32,000 nt of DNA from the NCBI RefSeq assembly GCF_017876815.1, contig NZ_JAGIOS010000002.1, positions 690,001 to 722,000 of the forward strand, read 5' to 3'. The DNA is from Sinorhizobium meliloti. Its GTDB lineage: Bacteria; Pseudomonadota; Alphaproteobacteria; Rhizobiales; Rhizobiaceae. Under the pieces are notes generated by a model. The model worked only from the letters and a program-made list of their open reading frames with translations, was not told the origin of the DNA and did not search any database. Made by a program: the position numbers and the translations under genes. Below are positions 26,064 to 32,000 of this stretch, in pieces; position 1 is the stretch's first letter; each line of letters opens with the position of its first letter.

Positions 26064-28904
26064 TCAGTCCAGATCGTCGCTTTCCGGCTTCGGCGCATTG
26101 TCGCGGTTGCCGTAGATGATCTCGCGCTTGCCGACATGGTTCGCCGGACCGACGAGACCGTCCTTCTCCATCCGTTCGACCAGCGAGGCGGCGCGGTTGT
26201 AGCCGATGCCGAGGCGGCGCTGGATGTAGGAGGTCGAGCACTTCTTGTCCCGCAGCACCACTTTCACCGCCTGATCGTAGAGCTCGTTGCCGTCTTCGGC
26301 GGCGATCGCGCTCTTGTCGAACACTGCGCCCTGATCCTCCTCGACCTCTTCCTCCTCTTCGTCCGCGGTCACCGTCTCGAGATATTCCGGACGCCCCTGC
26401 GTCTTCAGATGTGCGACCACATGTTCGACTTCCTGATCGGAAACAAACGGACCGTGGACGCGGGCGATGCGGCCGCCGCCGGCCATGTGCAGCATGTCGC
26501 CCTGGCCGAGGAGCTGTTCGGCCCCCTGCTCGCCGAGGATGGTGCGGCTGTCGATCTTGGAGGTCACCTGGAAGGAGATGCGGGTCGGGAAGTTCGCCTT
26601 GATCGTGCCGGTGATGACGTCGACCGAGGGACGCTGGGTCGCCATGATCAGGTGGATGCCTGCCGCACGCGCCATTTGCGCAAGCCGCTGGATCGCCCCT
26701 TCGATCTCCTTGCCGGCGACCATCATCAGGTCGGCCATCTCGTCGACGATGACGACGATATAGGGCATCGGCGAAAGGTCCATTTCCTGCTGCTCGAAGA
26801 GCGGCTCGCCGGTGCCCTTCTCGAAGCCGGTCTGCACCGTCGCGAGGATCGGCGCGCCCTTCTCGCGCGCGGCCGCCGCGCGCTGGTTGTAGCCGTCGAT
26901 GTTGCGCACACCGAGCCGCGACATCTTGCGATAGCGGTCCTCCATCTCGCGCACCGCCCATTTGAGGGCCATCACCGCCTTCTTCGGATCGGTGACGACG
27001 GGCGTCAGCAGATGCGGGATGCCGTCATAGACGGAGAGTTCGAGCATCTTCGGATCGACCATGATGAGCCGGCATTCTTCCGGCTTCAGCCGGTAGAGCA
27101 GCGACAGGATCATGGTGTTGATTGCAACCGACTTGCCCGAACCGGTGGTGCCGGCGACGAGCAGATGCGGCATCTTTGCGAGTTCGGCGATCACCGGCTC
27201 GCCGCCGATCGTCTTGCCGAGGCAGAGCGCCAGCTTGCAGCCGGTCTTCTGGAAATCGCCGGATTCGATCAGCTCGCGGAAATAGACGGTTTCGCGCGTC
27301 GCGTTCGGCAGCTCGATGCCGATGACGTTGCGGCCGGGCACGACAGCGACGCGGGCAGAGAGCGCCGACATCGAGCGGGCGATATCGTCGGCTAAGCCGA
27401 TGACGCGGGAGGATTTGACGCCCGGCGCGGGCTCGAATTCGTAAAGCGTGACGACAGGGCCGGGGCGGACATGGATGATCTCGCCCTTGACGCCGAAATC
27501 CTCGAGTACGCTTTCGAGCAATCCGGCATTCTGCTCGAGTTGCTCCTGGGTCATGAAGAAACCCTGGCCTTGCGGCGGTTCCTGCAGGAGCTCCTTCGAC
27601 GGAAACTCGTAGGCGTCGCCGCCCTGCAGCGGCTCGATGGCGCCGATCGGCGGCAGAGACGGCGACGAACGCTGTATCACGGCCGGCATGGTGATCGCCG
27701 CCCTGGTCACCGGCGCTTCGGGAGCCGGTTCGCTTGCGGGTACGATGGCAGGCTCGGCGAGCGCCGGGGCCGGTGTTTCGACGAACTGGTGGGCCGGAAG
27801 GGCGGCAGCCTCCGCGGCGGCCGGCTCAGCGGCGATATCCTGCGGCGCGGCCGTAACCGGTTCGGCAGTGGCGGGCTCGGGCCGCCGGCATTCCACCACC
27901 CGGAACAGCGAGCTTATCGCCGTGGGCGGCTGCGGCCGGATCTCGACAGGCATTGCAGCAACGATCTTCGGTGGCGAGACCTTCGGCGCGGCTGCGATCG
28001 GCGCGGGAATGCGCGCGGCTTCCTTCACAGGTTCCGTGACAGTCGGCGGAACAGCCGCGACTTCGAGCGGCATGAACTCGAAAAACGCAAAATCGGAAAG
28101 ATAGGCCAGGCGCGCGTCTGCCTGATGGGGCACGTCCTCCTCCACTGCGGCACTCTCGGGCGCAAGATTCGCGACGGGCAGTGCATGCGGAACCACAGGC
28201 ACTTCGTCCGTTACCGGCAGGGCTGTCGTTTCAGAAGTGGCGGGCCCTTCCTCCGCCACGGCCACGCTTTCGGTGATTGCCGGCTTGGTGACGCTCGCTT
28301 CCGGCGCCTGCGAGCGTGCAGCGCTCCAGGAGGGCAGTTGCTGCGTCAGCACACGGAGGAGCTCGGACGGACTGTAGGACGGCAGTTCCGTTTCGACCAC
28401 GGACGGAGCGGGCTCGGCCGGCACCACGTCCATCACCGTTTCGGCATCGGACGCTTCCGCCGCGGCTTCGTCGGCCTCAATCCGGCTTTCTTCGGGCGCC
28501 GGCGGGTGACGCTTCATGAGTTCGCGCTCGGGCGTACGCGTGAAGCGCACATTCGGCGACAGGAAGAAGTGGCTCTCCCAGCCCGGCTCGCCGGATAGGC
28601 CGGTGATCTCGGCAAGCGTGGGAAGCGGATCGCGCGTAGAGACGGTAACCTCGGCAGGAGCATAGGCGGAGCCGTGACCGTAGAGGCGCGCGGCGCGGCC
28701 TGCATATCCTGTCTCCTCGTCACGATGGCCGGGCGCGCGCCGCGGCGCTTCCGGTGCCTCGAACAGATGGTCGTGAGCGGCCGCCTCAGGCGCCGCCGGA
28801 ACATGCGCGGCACCTTGCGCAGCCGGATGCGGGTCCTCGTAATCATCCGCGTGATTTGCGTCGTACAAAGCTGCAGGCGAGAAATTTGTCCGGGGAATGC
28901 GCAT
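26064..28904 (-). CDS. ftsK: FtsK/SpoIIIE-family DNA translocase paralog. It has motor and gamma domains but no recognisable N-terminal transmembrane domain.
   Basis: Walker A GTTGSGKS, Walker [14 protein letters not shown]-terminal winged-helix gamma domain (..[25 protein letters not shown]..). The N-terminal 430 aa or so are Pro/Ala/Glu-rich with no hydrophobic helices. No Shine-Dalgarno before ATG 28904, so the start is uncertain. Confidence 0.88.
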   Translation of the reverse strand: MRIPRTNFSPAALYDANHADDYEDPHPAAQGAAHVPAAPEAAAHDHLFEAPEAPRRAPGHRDEETGYAGRAARLYGHGSAYAPAEVTVSTRDPLPTLAEITGLSGEPGWESHFFLSPNVRFTRTPERELMKRHPPAPEESRIEADEAAAEASDAETVMDVVPAEPAPSVVETELPSYSPSELLRVLTQQLPSWSAARSQAPEASVTKPAITESVAVAEEGPATSETTALPVTDEVPVVPHALPVANLAPESAAVEEDVPHQADARLAYLSDFAFFEFMPLEVAAVPPTVTEPVKEAARIPAPIAAAPKVSPPKIVAAMPVEIRPQPPTAISSLFRVVECRRPEPATAEPVTAAPQDIAAEPAAAEAAALPAHQFVETPAPALAEPAIVPASEPAPEAPVTRAAITMPAVIQRSSPSLPPIGAIEPLQGGDAYEFPSKELLQEPPQGQGFFMTQEQLEQNAGLLESVLEDFGVKGEIIHVRPGPVVTLYEFEPAPGVKSSRVIGLADDIARSMSALSARVAVVPGRNVIGIELPNATRETVYFRELIESGDFQKTGCKLALCLGKTIGGEPVIAELAKMPHLLVAGTTGSGKSVAINTMILSLLYRLKPEECRLIMVDPKMLELSVYDGIPHLLTPVVTDPKKAVMALKWAVREMEDRYRKMSRLGVRNIDGYNQRAAAAREKGAPILATVQTGFEKGTGEPLFEQQEMDLSPMPYIVVIVDEMADLMMVAGKEIEGAIQRLAQMARAAGIHLIMATQRPSVDVITGTIKANFPTRISFQVTSKIDSRTILGEQGAEQLLGQGDMLHMAGGGRIARVHGPFVSDQEVEHVVAHLKTQGRPEYLETVTADEEEEEVEEDQGAVFDKSAIAAEDGNELYDQAVKVVLRDKKCSTSYIQRRLGIGYNRAASLVERMEKDGLVGPANHVGKREIIYGNRDNAPKPESDDLD

Positions 28905-29231
28905 GGCCTGAAAACTCGAAATTCATCATCGAAGGGGCTGCCCTAGGGAATAGGAAATGAAGGTTAACAACTTACTTCCGGGAGCTCGCCGGAAGGGCGC
29001 CGGGCCGCTTCGAAAACCCTCCCAAGTACCGTCCCATGCTCGCGGCGCAAGGCTTTCCCGCGCTTTGGCGATGCAATTCCCTTCCGTTCAATTTCTGTTT
29101 CAGTTGTGGAAAATTTCCGATCCGCGGGCTGTGCATTTACAATCATGGAGCAGCGAGCGCTTGCCGCCGTTCCGAAGGCTCGGAGCGGGTATGCGTTCGC
29201 GATCAGGCCACAGTGAAGAAAGGCACGTCAC

Positions 29232-29651
29232 ATGAGCGACAATCCCGCACTTCAAAGCTCCTTGGCCCTCATCGGCCGCCTGCTTCTCGCCGCCATGTTT
29301 ATTCTTTCCGGTTTCGGAAAACTGGGCGATCCATCCGGCACGATCGGCTACATCGCGTCGGCGGGGCTGCCCCTGCCTCCGGTCGCCTATGCGGTTGCTC
29401 TTGCCGTGGAGATCGGCGCAGGCATTCTCCTCGTCCTCGGCTACCGGGCACGGTGGGTGGCGCTGATCCTTGCAGCCTTCACCCTGGCCTCGGCGATCGG
29501 CTTTCACACCGACTTCGCCGACCAGAACCAGATGATCCACTTCATGAAGAATCTGGCGATCACCGGCGGCTTCCTTCAGATCGCCGCCTTCGGCGCGGGT
29601 GCCTTCAGCCTTGACGGTTGGACCGTCCGCGCCAACCGAGAAATGAGTTGA
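29232..29651 (+). CDS. DoxX-family inner-membrane protein
   Basis: 139 aa, four hydrophobic helices. ..LIGRLLLAAMFILSGFGKL.. is a typical DoxX N-terminus. Confidence 0.85.
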   Translation: MSDNPALQSSLALIGRLLLAAMFILSGFGKLGDPSGTIGYIASAGLPLPPVAYAVALAVEIGAGILLVLGYRARWVALILAAFTLASAIGFHTDFADQNQMIHFMKNLAITGGFLQIAAFGAGAFSLDGWTVRANREMS

Positions 29652-29700
29652 CGCGAATCAGAGGATGAATCATTCCTCTAACGGAATAGACCGCATATTC

Positions 29701-29743
29701 CGCATTTCGGCGTAGCTAAACGATTGTTCTGTCAGGAAATGCG
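29701..29743. promoter_or_regulatory. 8-bp inverted repeat CGCATTTC-N27-GAAATGCG in the repA upstream region (candidate RepA/RepB operator)
   Basis: Arms 29701-08 and 29736-43 are exact reverse complements. Lies 55-97 nt before the repA ATG at 29798. Confidence 0.3.
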
Positions 29744-29797
29744 TCAGGCGCATCCGCACGGCGGCGGGGCGCCATGCGGGCACGAGGAGATTTGACC

Positions 29798-31063
29798 ATG
29801 GATATGATGACGGCAGCGGCGGCGACGACGGCAGGCGCGACCGGCGGGGCATCGCGCAGACCGGCAGACGAGGCGATCGCCGCCGACGCGCGGGCGCTTT
29901 CCGAACAGCTGAAAGCGATGCGAGACCGGCTCTTTGCACCGACAGCGATGAAGACGCTCCGGAGCTTCACCTCCGGCGAGGCCGCCAAGCTCATCGGCGT
30001 TTCCGACGGATACTTGCGACAGCTTTCGCTCGCTGGCGAGGGGCCGCAGCCCGACACCGGCGCCGGCGGACGACGCTCCTATTCGCTTTCCGATATCAAC
30101 GCGCTGCGCCGGCATCTGGCCGAACAGGCGATCGCCAAAGGCAATGGCGCCAAGGCGCGCGGTTATCTCAAATGGCGCGATGCCGCGAGAAGCGAGCATC
30201 TCCAGGTGATCTCGGTCACCAACTTCAAGGGCGGCTCCGGCAAGACGACCTCATCGGTCCATCTCGCCCAATATCTCGCTCTGACCGGGCACCGGGTGCT
30301 TGCGGTCGACCTCGACCCGCAGGCGTCGCTTTCGGCGCTGTTCGGCTACCAGCCGGAACTGGACCTGACCGGCAACGACACGCTTTATGGCGCAATCCGT
30401 TACGACGCCGAGGCGCGCCCGCTGAAGGACATCATCCGCAAGACCTATTTCGACGGGCTCGACCTGGTGCCGGGCAACCTCGAACTGCAGGAGTTCGAAC
30501 ACACGACGCCGCAGGCGCTCAGTGCGCGGCAGAGCGGCGCCGATGCCGGGCCGCTCTTCTTCGCCCGGGTGCAGGCGGCGCTCGCAAGCGTCGCCGACGA
30601 CTACGACGTCGTCGTCATCGACTGCCCGCCGCAGCTCGGCTACCTGACGCTTTCGGCGCTCTGCGCTTCGACGTCGGTCATCGTCACCGTGCATCCGCAA
30701 ATGCTCGACGTCGCATCGATGAACCAGTTCCTCTACATGACCTCGGACCTGCTCAGCGTCGTGCGCGACGCCGGCGGCGAGCTCAATTTCGATTTCCTGC
30801 GCTATCTCGTCACCCGCTTCGAGCCGAATGACGGACCGCAGGCGCAGATCGTCGGCTTCATGCGCTCGCTCTTCGGCGACCGGGTGCTGACCTCCGCCAT
30901 GGTAAAGTCGACCGCGATCTCGGATGCGGGTCTCACCAAGCAGACGCTCTACGAGGTGGGCCGGGAGAATTTCACCCGCGCGACCTATGACCGGGCGATC
31001 GAGTCGCTGAACGCCGTCAACGGCGAGATCGAGGCTCTCATTCACGCGGCATGGGGGCGCTGA
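29798..31063 (+). CDS. repA: Plasmid/chromid partitioning ATPase RepA (ParA family)
   Basis: N-terminal HTH (..FTSGEAAKLIGVSDGYLRQL..) and deviant Walker A NFKGGSGKTT. GAGGAG Shine-Dalgarno favours ATG 29798 over ATG 29774. Followed by repB. Confidence 0.93.
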   Translation: MDMMTAAAATTAGATGGASRRPADEAIAADARALSEQLKAMRDRLFAPTAMKTLRSFTSGEAAKLIGVSDGYLRQLSLAGEGPQPDTGAGGRRSYSLSDINALRRHLAEQAIAKGNGAKARGYLKWRDAARSEHLQVISVTNFKGGSGKTTSSVHLAQYLALTGHRVLAVDLDPQASLSALFGYQPELDLTGNDTLYGAIRYDAEARPLKDIIRKTYFDGLDLVPGNLELQEFEHTTPQALSARQSGADAGPLFFARVQAALASVADDYDVVVIDCPPQLGYLTLSALCASTSVIVTVHPQMLDVASMNQFLYMTSDLLSVVRDAGGELNFDFLRYLVTRFEPNDGPQAQIVGFMRSLFGDRVLTSAMVKSTAISDAGLTKQTLYEVGRENFTRATYDRAIESLNAVNGEIEALIHAAWGR

Positions 31064-31066
31064 GTC

Positions 31067-32000
31067 ATGGCTGGCAATAACCGGAAAAACGAATTGCGGG
31101 CACTGTTTTCCGCGGGTGCGCCTGCCGCCGATCCGCAAACCCCCGCCGAAACGGCGTCGGGCGAGTTGACACCTGTCAACGCCAGGCCGGCCGCCCCGCT
31201 CGATGCGCCCCGTGCGGCCTCCGGCGCAGTGAAGGCCATGGGGCTCTCTCTCGGCAGCATCACACGCGAGGCCGAGGAAGCGCGGGTGCTCAGGGAAGCG
31301 TTGACCCAGGGTGAACGCGTCGTTTCGCTCGATCCGGCGCTGGTCGAAAGCTCCTTCGTCGAGGATCGGCTGACCGACGGCGAGATGGACGATGCGGATT
31401 TCCTCGCGCTCGTCGAGAGCATTCGCGAGAACGGCCAGCAATCGCCGATCCTCGTTCGCCCGCACCCGGAAAAGCAGGGCCATTACCAGACCGCCTACGG
31501 CCACCGGCGCCTGAAGGCGGTGCGCCGGCTCGAGCTCCAGGTAAAGGCGATCGTCCGGACGCTGACAGATGACGAGGTCGTGCTTGCGCAAGGCAAGGAA
31601 AACGCCGAGCGGCGCAACCTTTCCTTCATCGAACGTGCGCTTTTCGCCGCTGCGCTCGTAGCGCGCGGCTTCGACCGCAAGGTGATCGGCGATGCGCTTG
31701 CGGTGCAGAAGAGCGAACTTTCGCGCCTCCTGCAGGTGGCGGACGGTGTGCCGCACGAAGTCGCCCGCGCCATCGGCCCGGCGCCGAAGGCCGGGCGCGA
31801 GCGCTGGATGGCGATCGGGACGCTGCTTGAAAGGCAAGAAGCGCGCGCCCGAGCCCAAGACGAGATCGCTTCGCCACGCTTCCGCGCCGTCGATTCAGAC
31901 CAACGCTTTCAGCTCGTCTTCAATCGCCTGTCGCAAAGCGACAAGCCGGAACCGGAAAGGCCGGAGGAACTGAAGGACGCCGCAGGGCGGGTCTTCGCTC
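31067..32000 (+). CDS. repB: Partitioning protein RepB (ParB family), 3'-truncated by the window edge
   Basis: I translated this frame myself; it is open to the window end and absent from the track. ..QSPILVRPHPEKQGHYQTAYGHRRLKA.. is a ParB box. ATG lies 4 nt after the repA stop. Confidence 0.9.
   Translation, partial: MAGNNRKNELRALFSAGAPAADPQTPAETASGELTPVNARPAAPLDAPRAASGAVKAMGLSLGSITREAEEARVLREALTQGERVVSLDPALVESSFVEDRLTDGEMDDADFLALVESIRENGQQSPILVRPHPEKQGHYQTAYGHRRLKAVRRLELQVKAIVRTLTDDEVVLAQGKENAERRNLSFIERALFAAALVARGFDRKVIGDALAVQKSELSRLLQVADGVPHEVARAIGPAPKAGRERWMAIGTLLERQEARARAQDEIASPRFRAVDSDQRFQLVFNRLSQSDKPEPERPEELKDAAGRVFA
31165..31180. promoter_or_regulatory. parS-like 16-bp palindrome GTTGACA-CC-TGTCAAC inside the 5' part of repB
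   Basis: 7-bp perfect arms. Fits my recollection of the repABC parS consensus GTTNNCNGCNGNNAAC at every specified position except one of the two central bases. Confidence 0.4.

Noticed and set aside
26136-28598. 419-aa and 375-aa plus-strand ORFs opposite the ftsK-like gene
   Set aside because: Antisense to conserved FtsK motor motifs. Arg/Gly/Asp-rich with no domains.
29107-29140. TGGAAAATTTCCG..GCATTTACAA upstream of doxX, resembling the ECF promoter motif
   Set aside because: The -35-like and -10-like parts are 20 nt apart rather than 15, and both hexamers deviate. It is unlikely to be recognised by the same sigma factor.
30251-31858. 535-aa minus-strand ORF opposite repA and repB
   Set aside because: Antisense to the ParA- and ParB-family genes, with no recognisable domain. 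Shadow ORF of high-GC DNA.

Overview
High-GC alphaproteobacterial DNA. Gene content and order resemble a Rhizobiaceae (Sinorhizobium/Ensifer pSymB-type) chromid arm ending at its repABC replication/partition locus; this assignment rests on recollection of the families, not on a search. Left to right: (1) the first codons of a leftward secreted-protein gene. (2) A minus-strand ssu-like operon: FMN reductase, NtaA/DszA-family flavin monooxygenase, ABC permease, substrate-binding protein, ATPase. (3) An orphan treY. (4) A nearly complete protocatechuate branch of the beta-ketoadipate pathway: pcaDCHGB with divergent pcaQ, a QuiC-type 3-dehydroshikimate dehydratase fusion, a LysR regulator, pobA, and pcaR with divergent pcaIJF. 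It is interrupted by a small Mo-cofactor oxidoreductase gene and ggt. (5) acyP. (6) A 419-nt non-coding region carrying a well-formed small-RNA gene with three CCUCCUCCC anti-Shine-Dalgarno loops. (7) An ECF sigma factor, DUF4142 protein and cupredoxin module that shares one promoter motif twice and has no visible anti-sigma gene. (8) An FtsK/SpoIIIE paralog with no N-terminal membrane domain. (9) doxX. (10) repA and the 5' part of repB. Several regulatory dyads (PcaQ-type, PcaR-type), rhizobial intergenic palindromic repeats and a parS-like palindrome can be read directly. No IS element, integrase, tRNA/rRNA or CRISPR array was seen. Many long ORFs in the track are GC-driven shadow frames opposite recognisable genes.
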